A stretch of DNA of 34,270 bases from a bacterium (GTDB lineage: Bacteria; Zixibacteria; MSB-5A5; GN15; FEB-12), in contig JBDRQG010000375.1 in assembly GCA_043826475.1 (NCBI GenBank), positions 1-34,270 on the forward strand, read 5' to 3'. The translations under genes and the position numbers were made by a program. The notes under the pieces were generated by a model that did no database searches, was not told where the DNA came from, and worked only from the letters and a program-made list of their open reading frames with translations. This document shows, piece by piece, positions 1 through 9,565 of the stretch (positions within the stretch are counted from its first letter, which is position 1; the number at the start of each line of letters is the position of its first letter).

Positions 1-1
1 T

Positions 2-400
2 TCCTTCGAGGGTAAATTTTTTGATGGTGGCAATTTAATTCATTTAGGCGGAGGTAATCTTCAAAGTATTGAAATGGCCACTTATGAAGGTGGAAAAGTA
101 TTTGTTCAGATAGCAGGAAAATCTAATAATATCACTCCCCCATCCAACTACCCCAATCCCTTCAACAATGAAACTGTCATCACTTTTGATATTCCCATAG
201 CCAAAGAAATTAAATTCGAGATTTACAATGTTCTCGGTGAGAAGATTTATGATTTTAATAAATACTATGATGCTGGACAGATTGATATCCGATGGGATGG
301 AACAAATAATGCCGGCACAACTGTTGCCAGTGGAGTATATTTCTATCGGATAATTACCGGCGATGATATTAAAACAAGTAAGATGATCTTGCTGAAGTAG
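2..400 (+). CDS. 5'-truncated secreted protein with C-terminal FlgD Ig-like / T9SS type A-like sorting domain; paralogue of the next gene
   Basis: Frame is open from base 2 (SFEGKFFDGG...MATYEGGKV), so the ORF-track start at 74 is internal. It has the NYPNPFN...IYNVLGE...WDGTN...ASGVYFYRI...KMILLK tail. Confidence 0.85.
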   Translation, partial: SFEGKFFDGGNLIHLGGGNLQSIEMATYEGGKVFVQIAGKSNNITPPSNYPNPFNNETVITFDIPIAKEIKFEIYNVLGEKIYDFNKYYDAGQIDIRWDGTNNAGTTVASGVYFYRIITGDDIKTSKMILLK

Positions 401-407
401 GGAAAAC

Positions 408-1289
408 ATGAAAAAGACTCAACACAAATTTTATATAGACACAATTATATTACTGATTGTTATAATGCTCAGCGTCCTCCATCTAAGTTGTGACAACAAA
501 CCAACCGAACCCGAAAATTTCCTCATAGGTGATTTGAATCTCAATGGCACAGCCAATGAAATTGCCGACGCAGTCTTGTACACACATTATTTTGTATACG
601 GTGACTCGGTTTTTTCAAATCCGGAGCTGAATCTTAAAGCAACCGATGTCAACCAGGATGGCGTGTACCCGGATATTGCAGACTTGTATTTTATGATTCA
701 TTTTATAGTTGGTGATGCTCTCCCTTACCCTGAAGACAAAACAATAACTGCATATGTTGATCAGGATAATGTTCTATATGTTCATGAAGTTATTGGTGCG
801 GCTCATGTCGTTATAAGAGGAAATGTTACACCAATATTATTAGCTGATAATATGAATATGGATTACAAATATGATTTAGGCAGTGATGTCACTCGTGCAC
901 TTGTTTATTCAATGAATCTATCACAATCATTTAAGGGCAAATACCTTGATGCTCAGGGTATAGTTATAAGTTATTCAATGGCTACTACTGAAGGAGGCCG
1001 AGTTATAACTGATGCTCTGCCCAGGGATAATATCAAATTAAATCAAAATTACCCCAACCCATTTATAATCAATACAACGATTTCCTTTGAAATAGCAAAA
1101 GCTCAGGAAGTTACATTACTTATAAGAGATATAAATAATAAAATATTATTTATAAAGAATGATTTTTATGCTGCTGGATATGTAGAAATAATTTGGCCTC
1201 CTACGGATTTTAATTTAAATAGAGGATTTTACTATTATAGTGTTATTACAAAAGATGAATTTATCACCAAAACAATGATGAAATTATAG
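408..1289 (+). CDS. Lipoprotein with dockerin-like Ca-binding repeats and C-terminal T9SS type A/FlgD-like domain
   Basis: Lipobox-like LHLSC; two repeats GDLNLNG..EIADA and TDVNQDG..DIADL; NQNYPNPF...GFYYYSV...TKTMMKL tail. Confidence 0.8.
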   Translation: MKKTQHKFYIDTIILLIVIMLSVLHLSCDNKPTEPENFLIGDLNLNGTANEIADAVLYTHYFVYGDSVFSNPELNLKATDVNQDGVYPDIADLYFMIHFIVGDALPYPEDKTITAYVDQDNVLYVHEVIGAAHVVIRGNVTPILLADNMNMDYKYDLGSDVTRALVYSMNLSQSFKGKYLDAQGIVISYSMATTEGGRVITDALPRDNIKLNQNYPNPFIINTTISFEIAKAQEVTLLIRDINNKILFIKNDFYAAGYVEIIWPPTDFNLNRGFYYYSVITKDEFITKTMMKL

Positions 1290-1299
1290 AAATTATCTG

Positions 1300-2049
1300 A
1301 TGAAGCAGACTCATATAATTATAGCATTTTTCATGAACTTATTAATTACAATTTCGACGTGTTTAATAATACTTAGTTGTGAAAGTTCAATTACAAATTA
1401 TAACACTGATAATGACAATACAGGCTTTTCAATTTCGGAAAATAGCTTTAACTTTGGGTTCACCCCTCAATACTCTACAATATCACATAGATTTTGGATT
1501 TACCCCCCTGGTGAAGATTCTTTAGTAATCTATAAAATAACCCCAAGTTGCGGCTGTATAAAATACATACTTGAAAAAGATATTATTCAGGCTGGGGATA
1601 GCACTTTACTGGAAATAATCTTTGAGACGAAGACCTATAGAGGGAATATCAGCAAATGGGTAAAAGTTTTTTATGACCCTTATTCTTCTATAAGAATTGA
1701 TGTTCAATCTTATGTGTACCGTCCGCTTGACACAACCTTAGCACTATCAATTATTCCTTACAAATTAGATTTCTCACAATTTAGACAAAATATAGTTGAT
1801 AGGAACAGATTATTAATTCTTAATAATTCCGATAAAAATCAATATATGTCTATAATTGATTATCCAACAGAAATAGAATACCCGGATATCAGCGAAAGAA
1901 TTAAACCAAATGATTCCATTTATTATGAAATCATACTAAATGATATAGGGATTGGCGGCGAATTCGAGAAATCAATGACTATTCAATTATTTTCACTAGA
2001 AAATATTCGTTTCACTATACCTATAAAACGTACAATTCGCATACCCTGA
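1300..2049 (+). CDS. DUF1573 domain lipoprotein (Ig-like, CxC motif)
   Basis: Lipobox-like ILSC; FNFG...ITPSCGC motif; C-terminal RFTIPIKRTIR shared with the paralogues. Confidence 0.85.
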   Translation: MKQTHIIIAFFMNLLITISTCLIILSCESSITNYNTDNDNTGFSISENSFNFGFTPQYSTISHRFWIYPPGEDSLVIYKITPSCGCIKYILEKDIIQAGDSTLLEIIFETKTYRGNISKWVKVFYDPYSSIRIDVQSYVYRPLDTTLALSIIPYKLDFSQFRQNIVDRNRLLILNNSDKNQYMSIIDYPTEIEYPDISERIKPNDSIYYEIILNDIGIGGEFEKSMTIQLFSLENIRFTIPIKRTIRIP

Positions 2050-2153
2050 TGATAAACTTAACCTCAAATTCCCTTTACAATTACCCAAATTAGAATTACC
2101 CTTATTAATCTAAATTACCGGTTGTGTCAGGCAACATCAGGAAGGAGTAATGT

Positions 2154-3563
2154 ATGCGGTCGTTTGTGATGATCTTATCACTTCTATTAATCTTTACTAT
2201 TTCATCAGTTCAAGCGGTAGATAAAACAGCTCTCAGTGAAGATCTTATCAAAAGGCTTGAAGCCAATTTTGCCGAACAGGGTAGCAGGCAAAATCTGATA
2301 AATGCTATAACCAATAACAATATCAATGATCTCTCCCTTAATCGAGATATTATTGTTTCCCATAACAAGCAATTCAGCCATCGTCTTAATAAGAGCGGAA
2401 TTACCAATCAGAAAGGCTCCGGGCGATGCTGGCTTTTTGCCGGGTTAAATGTTTACAATCCTGACCTGATGAACAAATTGGGCCTTTCTTCGTTTGAACT
2501 CTCCCAGCCATATCTGACCTTTTGGGACAAGATGGAAAAAGCCAACACTTTTCTTGAGGAAATCATACGCCTCCGTGACCGCCCTTATGATGACCGCGAA
2601 CTGGGAATTACACTCGAAGAGCCATTCGGTGATGGCGGCTGGTGGCATTATGTGACCGCTTTGCTCGATAAATACGGAGCCGTCCCAATTACAGCTATGC
2701 CGGAGACCAAACAATCAACCTCGACAGGAACCATTAATTCCCTGGCTAATTGTAAACTGAGAATGTTTGCTTCTGAGATGCGGGAAATGCATACGAATGG
2801 CAAAACCGAAGATCAGATCAGGGAGCGCAAAAAAGAGATGCTCGAAGAAATTTATACTCTGATGGTTTTTGCTTATGGCACCCCTCCAAAAGAATTCGTG
2901 TTCCGTTATGAGAGCAAAGATTCCACTGTTTCAGAGCCTAAAACCTATACTCCCAAATCATTCTATAAAGAATTTTTAGCCGACGATGTTCTGGAATATG
3001 TTACGATCATGAATAATCCTTCAAAGGAATTTGACAAGGTTTATCAGATGCAAGCCAGCCGCAACATGGCGGATCAACCAGATATGACTATGCTAAACCT
3101 ATCTATTGATAAGCTAAAAGCCTATTCACTTAAAGCATTACTTGATAGCCAGGCAGTCTGGTTTGCCTGTGATGTTGGCAAAGGGAATTACGGTAAAGAG
3201 GGGATTTTTGCCGCTGATGTATATGATTATAATACTACTCTGGGATTGGATTTTAAGATATCCAAGAGCGACCGGATTCAATATTTTGACAGCTCCCCCA
3301 ATCATGCTATGGTACTTCTGGGAGTGGATACTACTACCGAAGGAAAGCCGGTAAAGTGGCTGGTAGAAAATAGTTGGGGTACCGATAAAGGTGATGACGG
3401 CTATTGGTATATGTATGATGACTGGTTTAATGAATATGTCTATTTTACTATTATCGACAAGAATCTGCTTGATAAGGATGATCTTGAAAAATTAAAACAA
3501 AAACCGATAATAACCCCAATGTGGGATCCGTTTTATCAGGTAATAAAAAATTCAAAGAATTAA
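2154..3563 (+). CDS. pepC: C1B cysteine aminopeptidase (aminopeptidase C / bleomycin hydrolase family) with signal peptide
   Basis: Catalytic motifs NQKGSGRCWLFA, NHAM and VENSWG; DGGWW; C-terminal PMWDP; AAGGAG RBS. Confidence 0.9.
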   Translation: MRSFVMILSLLLIFTISSVQAVDKTALSEDLIKRLEANFAEQGSRQNLINAITNNNINDLSLNRDIIVSHNKQFSHRLNKSGITNQKGSGRCWLFAGLNVYNPDLMNKLGLSSFELSQPYLTFWDKMEKANTFLEEIIRLRDRPYDDRELGITLEEPFGDGGWWHYVTALLDKYGAVPITAMPETKQSTSTGTINSLANCKLRMFASEMREMHTNGKTEDQIRERKKEMLEEIYTLMVFAYGTPPKEFVFRYESKDSTVSEPKTYTPKSFYKEFLADDVLEYVTIMNNPSKEFDKVYQMQASRNMADQPDMTMLNLSIDKLKAYSLKALLDSQAVWFACDVGKGNYGKEGIFAADVYDYNTTLGLDFKISKSDRIQYFDSSPNHAMVLLGVDTTTEGKPVKWLVENSWGTDKGDDGYWYMYDDWFNEYVYFTIIDKNLLDKDDLEKLKQKPIITPMWDPFYQVIKNSKN

Positions 3564-3569
3564 TACTGT

Positions 3570-4931
3570 ATGGATATACTGAATAAGCTGTCATCATTAG
3601 TACAAAAAGATCAGTTTTCAACTCAGGCTGACCAACTCGCAGTTGCCTCAGAGGATGAATCAACTCTGCCGGGAGTTAAACCAATAGCAGTAGTTTGGGC
3701 AATCAATTCCAAAGAAATCAGTGAAATTGTTAAAGCATGTTTTGAAGCTAAAATACCCATTACCTCAAGAGGAGCCGGAAGCGCTCTTGAAGGTTCAACA
3801 ATTCCTCTTCCCAATGGAATAGTTCTTGATCTCAGCCGGATGACTAATATAATTGACTATTGGCCAGAAGATTTGCAAGTCAAAGTGGAACCGGGAATTA
3901 TATATGACAAATTAAACCTTCGCTTGAAGCAGGACGGACTCTTCTTTCCCCCCTCTCCGGGTGGTTCCGGGGACATTGCTACTGTCGGAGGAATGGTTTC
4001 CACCAATGCCAGCGGTATCTATTCGGTCAAGTATGGGGGAACCCGTGAGTATATTCTGGAACTGGAAGTTATCACCGGAACCGGTGAAATTGTAAAACTT
4101 GGCAACAGGGCTATCAAACGTTCGAGTGGTTATAATTTGGTTGAGCTTATTTGCGGTTCTGAGGGTACTTTGGCTGTTATTTCAGCCATTACTCTTAAAC
4201 TGGCCGGTCTCCCCGAAGGACGGCATCAGAGCGCCTTTATTTTTGATAATGAGATCAATGCCTCCAAGGCGGTATCTGAGATGTGCCGCTATGGATTGGA
4301 TCTGGCTGCAATTGAATTCTTAGATCGGGCTGTTATTCAGGCGTTGAATGCTCTAAAAGGCTATGGATTGGAGGAACTCCCCTCACTTTTCCTTGAGATT
4401 CACGGACCTGAAGAAGTATTGAAGTCAAACGCCGAACTTGCTTCAGAAGTATGCTCTGAGTTAGGCGGCAGACCCCTTGTACTGGCTGATAATCAAAATC
4501 CATGGGAAATAAGGCACTGGGTTACCGAGGCTATTAAGCATAGAAAACCGGGTTATACTATCCTTAGAAATGATGTTGCTTTCCCTATCTCCCACTTGCC
4601 TGAGATGGTTGAATTCTGCCATAAAATAGCTGCTGAAAACAATATAATTATGCACACTTTCGGCCATGTTGGTCTGGGATTGCTGCATGCATTGATGTTA
4701 GCCAACCGAGATGATCAACAGGAATGGAGCAAGGCTCAAAAGATTAATGATATGATTATAAAGAAAACTATAGAATTAAGTGGAACAATTTCGGGTGAAC
4801 ATGGAATCGGGCTGGGTCATAAAGATCTTTTTGAACTGGAACATGGGGCGGCAGTTAATTTAATGAGAAAAATAAAACTGCAGTTTGACCCTGGTAGTAT
4901 CCTAAATCCGGGTAAAATATTCGATATTTGA
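3570..4931 (+). CDS. FAD-binding oxidoreductase, GlcD / D-lactate dehydrogenase family
   Basis: RGAGSALEG, TVGGMVSTNASG..KYG, GSEGTLAVI, FGH, SGEHGIG and DP..ILNPGKIF motifs. Confidence 0.9.
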   Translation: MDILNKLSSLVQKDQFSTQADQLAVASEDESTLPGVKPIAVVWAINSKEISEIVKACFEAKIPITSRGAGSALEGSTIPLPNGIVLDLSRMTNIIDYWPEDLQVKVEPGIIYDKLNLRLKQDGLFFPPSPGGSGDIATVGGMVSTNASGIYSVKYGGTREYILELEVITGTGEIVKLGNRAIKRSSGYNLVELICGSEGTLAVISAITLKLAGLPEGRHQSAFIFDNEINASKAVSEMCRYGLDLAAIEFLDRAVIQALNALKGYGLEELPSLFLEIHGPEEVLKSNAELASEVCSELGGRPLVLADNQNPWEIRHWVTEAIKHRKPGYTILRNDVAFPISHLPEMVEFCHKIAAENNIIMHTFGHVGLGLLHALMLANRDDQQEWSKAQKINDMIIKKTIELSGTISGEHGIGLGHKDLFELEHGAAVNLMRKIKLQFDPGSILNPGKIFDI

Positions 4932-5014
4932 TTTATCTTTGTTTTAAACCTTATAACTTAAATTATACCAATTAATTAAATAGAATAAATAACAGCCTCT
5001 GAACCTTAACAAAC

Positions 5015-5042
5015 TTGACAAAATTTCAAATTATAGTATTTT
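5015..5042 (+). promoter_or_regulatory. Putative sigma70 promoter for the DUF1573 gene pair
   Basis: TTGACA (5015-5020), 16-nt spacer, TATTTT (5037-5042), about 46 nt before the ATG at 5089. Confidence 0.5.
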
Positions 5043-5088
5043 CACTAAGGTTGGAACTAATGTACCGACAACATAATATAAGGAAAAG

Positions 5089-5781
5089 ATGAAAAGATTT
5101 ATAACTTTATTAATATTTACGCTGGTTATTTCTGTTAATATCAACGCAGAAGCAATTCTGGTTGCACCAGCTGATATTTTTGACTTTGGGGACATCCCCT
5201 CAGGATCAGTTCTATATAACGGATTCTGGGTAAAATCAATTGGAACTGACACAGTTATAATTGATGAAATCAAAACCGGCTGCTCCTGTGCTGTAACAAG
5301 TAAAAAAACCGACCGAATTCCCCCCGGAGACAGCTTATTGATTGATTTAGAGTGGGATGTTTCAAAAAACCGGAGTTCTATTTCCAGGTCAATACGAATA
5401 TTTTACAACGGTAAACCTGACCCAATAAGGTTATCACTAACGGGACGAATAAAGCAAACTTTTAATAATATTATACCAGTATTGATTGAACCTTTTCGTT
5501 TTGAATTTGGGCAGACAGCCCGTAAGGATATTGACAGCATACAATTTACTTTCACCAATACTTATCCCCTTGATTATGAAATAAAGGTAATTTCTACTAT
5601 ATCGGATCGATACACCATTGATTATCCTAAATCAATAAAAGCTAATGAATCAGCGAGTGGATATATAAAACTCAATGAAAAATACAAAGATATCCCCTGG
5701 CAGGCTTCAATAACTTTTTCAATAAACGATAAAGATAATACCAATATGACTATTCCGGTACGACGTAAATTTTATAAGTGA
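5089..5781 (+). CDS. DUF1573 domain secreted protein (CxC motif)
   Basis: Signal peptide; FDFGDI...IKTGCSCA motif; C-terminal MTIPVRRK. Confidence 0.85.
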   Translation: MKRFITLLIFTLVISVNINAEAILVAPADIFDFGDIPSGSVLYNGFWVKSIGTDTVIIDEIKTGCSCAVTSKKTDRIPPGDSLLIDLEWDVSKNRSSISRSIRIFYNGKPDPIRLSLTGRIKQTFNNIIPVLIEPFRFEFGQTARKDIDSIQFTFTNTYPLDYEIKVISTISDRYTIDYPKSIKANESASGYIKLNEKYKDIPWQASITFSINDKDNTNMTIPVRRKFYK

Positions 5782-5836
5782 AGAAGATAACAAATTATTA
5801 ACTGTAATATATATTTTGGAGGATCTAAGACAAATC

Positions 5837-6580
5837 ATGAAGATTAAAAATCAAATTTATTTAATTTTGATTTCAATTCTGGTATTTGCCAGTATGGCTA
5901 CCAGTGCCCCCCGCCTGACTATTGGCGAATCATCATTTGATTTCGGGTTTGTACCCCAGAATTCCAAAATCTCCCATGATTTTTGGCTGCTCTCAACCGG
6001 AGATGATGAACTGAAGATTTTGAAAGTAGTCCCTGGCTGAGGATGCACTCAAGCACCTTTGGATAAAAATGTGCTGCCTGTCGGTGACAGTGCCAAATTA
6101 GAAATCATATTTGATACTAAAACTTATAAATCAAAAGTATCCAAACGCCCTAAAATTCAGACAAATGAAGGGCCTCCGGATAAGATGGTAACCATTACCG
6201 CGACTATCACACCTCGTCCTGATTCCACCTATCCGGTGGTAATCACACCTTATAAAATTGACATGTCGCAATTCAGCGATAAGGTAATCGATGAAGCCGA
6301 ATTTACGATTAACAATGTTTCCGAACAAGTATTGGACGTTTCGATGATTGCCTATGCAAAAGATTATTTCAGTGTTGAACTTCCTGACAAGATTAAGCCG
6401 GGTGAGTCGGCCTCCGGAAAAATCAAAATAAATAAAGATTACTTGGCAAAATCGTTCGACAAATCTTTTACTCTGGAACTCAATGACCAGCAAACTTCAC
6501 GCTTTACCATCCCTGTTAAAAGGACTATTAGAGCTCCCGGCAACGAGGATCGTGTAAAGACCGTTAAGAGTGGTAATTAA
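5837..6580 (+). CDS. DUF1573 domain secreted protein with in-frame TGA at 6038-6040; probable selenoprotein (UGC motif), about 247 aa
   Basis: ORFs 5816..6040 and 6059..6580 share a frame. Read-through gives VVPG-U-GCTQAPLDK, matching ITPSCGC, KTGCSCA and TPLCDCT in the paralogues. ATG at 5837 follows GGAGGA; signal peptide present. A nonsense pseudogene is the alternative. Confidence 0.8.
6041..6093 (+). promoter_or_regulatory. Candidate bacterial SECIS element
   Basis: Directly 3' of the TGA: AGCAC-C-TTT-GGAT-AAA-AAT-GTGCT (6052-6075) with GG in the apical loop at +24/+25 counting the U of UGA as +1. Additional pairings GCACT/AGTGC and CTGTC-GGT-GACAG. Folded by eye only. Confidence 0.5.
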
Positions 6581-6597
6581 AATAATTGTCATAAAGT

Positions 6598-6629
6598 AAA
6601 AAAAGCCCTTATCATTAAGGGCTTTTTTT
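6598..6629. terminator. Bidirectional intrinsic terminator
   Basis: AAAAAAAGCCCTTA-TCAT-TAAGGGCTTTTTTT between convergent genes. Confidence 0.9.
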
Positions 6630-6670
6630 ATCATCAATTTTTAAAATTAAGAATCAGAGTTAACATCATC

Positions 6671-8110
6671 CTAATCAACAAAATCAGGGTTAATATCAAT
6701 CATGCCGGAGTTGATCACATCATCCCAGCTCCCATCATAGACTTCACCGTCTACATTAGAGTGAACCAATCTTCTAAATCCATTCTTATCCTCAAAAATA
6801 AATACCTTGCCCTCTTTGTAGCCGAAATACCACCACACTTCATAAGCATCCTGCCTCATGGGAACTTCGCGATTCTCAAGTTGATCCCATTGGCCGTATG
6901 ACATCAGTACTCTTCCCCTGTCACTATACCAACCGTCGGTTTTGTCTTCGTTTTCTGAAAAGTGCTCATTGGCAAATTTGTAATATGCTATCAGATCCCT
7001 GCGAGTGACAGGCTTTCCGAAGCGGTTTTTGGGCTTTTTATCCTTCCAGTACTGTATAAGAAAATTATTTTTCCCCTCGTCGGATAATCGATCCATAGCC
7101 TGCTTCTCCTGAACATCCATGATATAAGTCACCAGATTGATTTTACTTTCAAGACTAAGCTGGTCATATGGATCTTTGGATTGAAATTTTTCAATAGCCA
7201 AAGCTACTTCTTCTGTCGATAAAATCCGAAACATGCTCAAACTCGTATCGGTCTTATTATTGGTTAAATCGGTAGCAATAATCTGCAAGTGATACAAATC
7301 GGATGGCCAGTTATTAATCTCAAAAGATTCCGCAAGAGCGGCACTTCCACCCGGTTTATCAAATTTTCTCACTCCAAGCGTCTTATACAAAGAATCATTA
7401 TTTAAAATATTATATGATACTTGAATTTGGGAGGGATTATCAGAATCATAATCAAGATTGTATAATTCGTAGTAAAGATATACAACGGTATCTTTATCAT
7501 TGAACATAGAGACCGGGTTAGGAATAATATAGAAATTATTTCGAACCAAGCGCATATTTACCGTTTCCGTATCAACAACAGGTTTGACATTAAAGGCTAT
7601 GATCGGCCCGCCGATCGAAATGTTATTTTTCTGAGGGGGTTTAACAACTATTTTGTCGATAAAAGCATCGCCGCTTCGCTTGCTAACGACATCAATTACA
7701 TGAAGCCTCGCCGAATACACACCGGGTTTAACAAGGAGAGCTAATTTATTAAACAGTTTTATTCCCGTCTGAAGCGCTTCAGTCCTGTTATTGGTTCTAA
7801 CGGAAAAGTAGGTAGTGATTGAATCGACAGCGGTTCCAAGAGTATTAAAAAGGTCAATCTGGGCAAAAATGCGTGAGTATAAGAATTGTTCTTCCCCTTC
7901 AGGATGGAAAAACTCAAATTCATGCCTGTTAAGAGAAAACGGGAATTCTACCAGTGAAACTGAATCAAACTGAGGATCGGCCAGGACTACTGCTCCGGAA
8001 TATACTGTAAGAGAATTATCTAATTCATCCTGGGCATTTACTCCCGAGACAATTAACAAAAAAAGAATTAGGCAGATTTGATATGATTTACTAATCGCAC
8101 TTCGTTTCAT
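6671..8110 (-). CDS. GWxTD domain-containing secreted protein
   Basis: Signal peptide; C-terminal ANEHFS...GWYSDRGRVLMSYG...YEVWWY...FIFED. Confidence 0.85.
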   Translation of the reverse strand: MKRSAISKSYQICLILFLLIVSGVNAQDELDNSLTVYSGAVVLADPQFDSVSLVEFPFSLNRHEFEFFHPEGEEQFLYSRIFAQIDLFNTLGTAVDSITTYFSVRTNNRTEALQTGIKLFNKLALLVKPGVYSARLHVIDVVSKRSGDAFIDKIVVKPPQKNNISIGGPIIAFNVKPVVDTETVNMRLVRNNFYIIPNPVSMFNDKDTVVYLYYELYNLDYDSDNPSQIQVSYNILNNDSLYKTLGVRKFDKPGGSAALAESFEINNWPSDLYHLQIIATDLTNNKTDTSLSMFRILSTEEVALAIEKFQSKDPYDQLSLESKINLVTYIMDVQEKQAMDRLSDEGKNNFLIQYWKDKKPKNRFGKPVTRRDLIAYYKFANEHFSENEDKTDGWYSDRGRVLMSYGQWDQLENREVPMRQDAYEVWWYFGYKEGKVFIFEDKNGFRRLVHSNVDGEVYDGSWDDVINSGMIDINPDFVD

Positions 8111-8124
8111 TTATACTCCTCCAA

Positions 8125-9462
8125 CTAAAAATCGGGTCGTTGGTTTAAACCATCATAAGGATAAATCAACCGATAATCGCCATCTTCATTCTCATCTACA
8201 AAAGTAAATCTCCGATATGGACTTTCATCATAATAATGCCATACTTGATATGGTCTCCCATCGGTATTAAAAGGAAAATCGTCAATCTGATCCGGTTCTC
8301 CGTATTGAATTAATACTCTTCCCCGATCAGTCCGCCATCCTTCTCTTCTCATTACTGTAAATAGACGATTGGCGGTGTTGATTCGGTAATAAAATTTTAC
8401 TTTTAATTCATTAATTTCCGTTGTCGGATCGGGATCTCTGGATGCCCAGAATTTATTAAAGGCTTTAATTCTCTCCCCATTGTCCTCAATTTTCTTCAAT
8501 TCCTTTAATTCACCGGGATCAGCAATATATTCCAACTGGGATACTGCTTCATTGTAACGAAACCTGATAAGAGATTTTTGATTCCAGGGGACTTCAAACC
8601 TCTCCCTTTTTTCATCAATTTTTTTATTTCTTCTCCCCAGTAAACGGACAAAAAGGTCGTACTCCCCCGGTTGAAATCCGTCCAGGGTAATCTCTCGCAA
8701 TTGCCTCGTCACCGGCCCTTCCAACTTGGTATCAATCGTGTCTCTATACATCATGCCATTGAGATCATGACGCAAAATAGTCTCAATAGTGATCTCTTCC
8801 ATGGAATCAGTACCTTGATAAACTTCAACATAGAAAACAAATTTATCATTTTCTTCCATTCCAAAACTTTTATTCAGCGAAGGTATGATGATTAAGTTCC
8901 CTTTAGAAAAACGGCTCTCGGAGCTATCATCGATTTTTACCGCTTGGACAAATTCTATATCCGACAATCGAGGATTTTTATTATCAAATGATTTAAGATT
9001 AACTTTGAGTTCTCTTCGAAGTACTGATTGTGAACGAGGGTCAGATAAGATAAAATCAATATCATATTTTCCGGGCTGGAGTTCAAAGCTGGCTTGATTT
9101 ACCCGGAAATCACTTTTCGATTGAGCTTTATTGGAACTAGCCACCTGGACCGTTTTTTCATCGGAATAAGAGCCTGCTTTCGCCCCTTTTTCATCGTTGA
9201 TCCAGATATTTATCTCATATTTGGCTTCATGTATATTATTTTCAAGGGTGAAATGAAGGGCGCTGTTGTAAATCTGATAGTAGATTTCCAAACGGACCTC
9301 CCCAGGTTCTGAACCAGCAAAAGCCGCATAATCAATTAGCAGATCACCTTCCTGCTCAGCATATTTTCTGAAATCATATTTTTGAGCAAATAATTGAACC
9401 GGAATAGAGAATAAGATTATTGATAAAACTAATACAATTGGAATCACTTTTTTTGCAATCAT
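8125..9462 (-). CDS. GWxTD domain-containing secreted protein
   Basis: FW..RDPDPTT..NE...GWRTDRGRVLIQYGEPD...YQVWHY. Start placed at the ATG at 9462 (GGGAG RBS) rather than 9501. Confidence 0.88.
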   Translation of the reverse strand: MIAKKVIPIVLVLSIILFSIPVQLFAQKYDFRKYAEQEGDLLIDYAAFAGSEPGEVRLEIYYQIYNSALHFTLENNIHEAKYEINIWINDEKGAKAGSYSDEKTVQVASSNKAQSKSDFRVNQASFELQPGKYDIDFILSDPRSQSVLRRELKVNLKSFDNKNPRLSDIEFVQAVKIDDSSESRFSKGNLIIIPSLNKSFGMEENDKFVFYVEVYQGTDSMEEITIETILRHDLNGMMYRDTIDTKLEGPVTRQLREITLDGFQPGEYDLFVRLLGRRNKKIDEKRERFEVPWNQKSLIRFRYNEAVSQLEYIADPGELKELKKIEDNGERIKAFNKFWASRDPDPTTEINELKVKFYYRINTANRLFTVMRREGWRTDRGRVLIQYGEPDQIDDFPFNTDGRPYQVWHYYDESPYRRFTFVDENEDGDYRLIYPYDGLNQRPDF

Positions 9463-9565
9463 ATCTACTCCCATAACCACCATTACCATAACCGGTTCCA
9501 ATTAACAGACGTATTTAACCGCAGGCAACACTAAAAAAATATTTATTATTATACATTTAATATGA

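Noticed and set aside
5049-5070. Weak hairpin GTTGGAAC-TAAT-GTACCGAC in the 5' UTR of the DUF1573 pair
   Set aside because: It has a mismatch, occurs once, and gives too little support for a REP or riboregulator call.
5816-6580. Two separate small genes, as given in the ORF track
   Set aside because: The TTG at 6059 has no clear RBS, and the two parts are the N- and C-terminal portions of one DUF1573 protein.
9466-9500. Short TGG-periodic repeat (TATGGT AATGGT GGT TATGGG) upstream of the GWxTD gene
   Set aside because: Very short and imperfect; no start codon for a leader peptide in the Gly-rich frame. It only explains the spurious MEPVMVMVVM extension.
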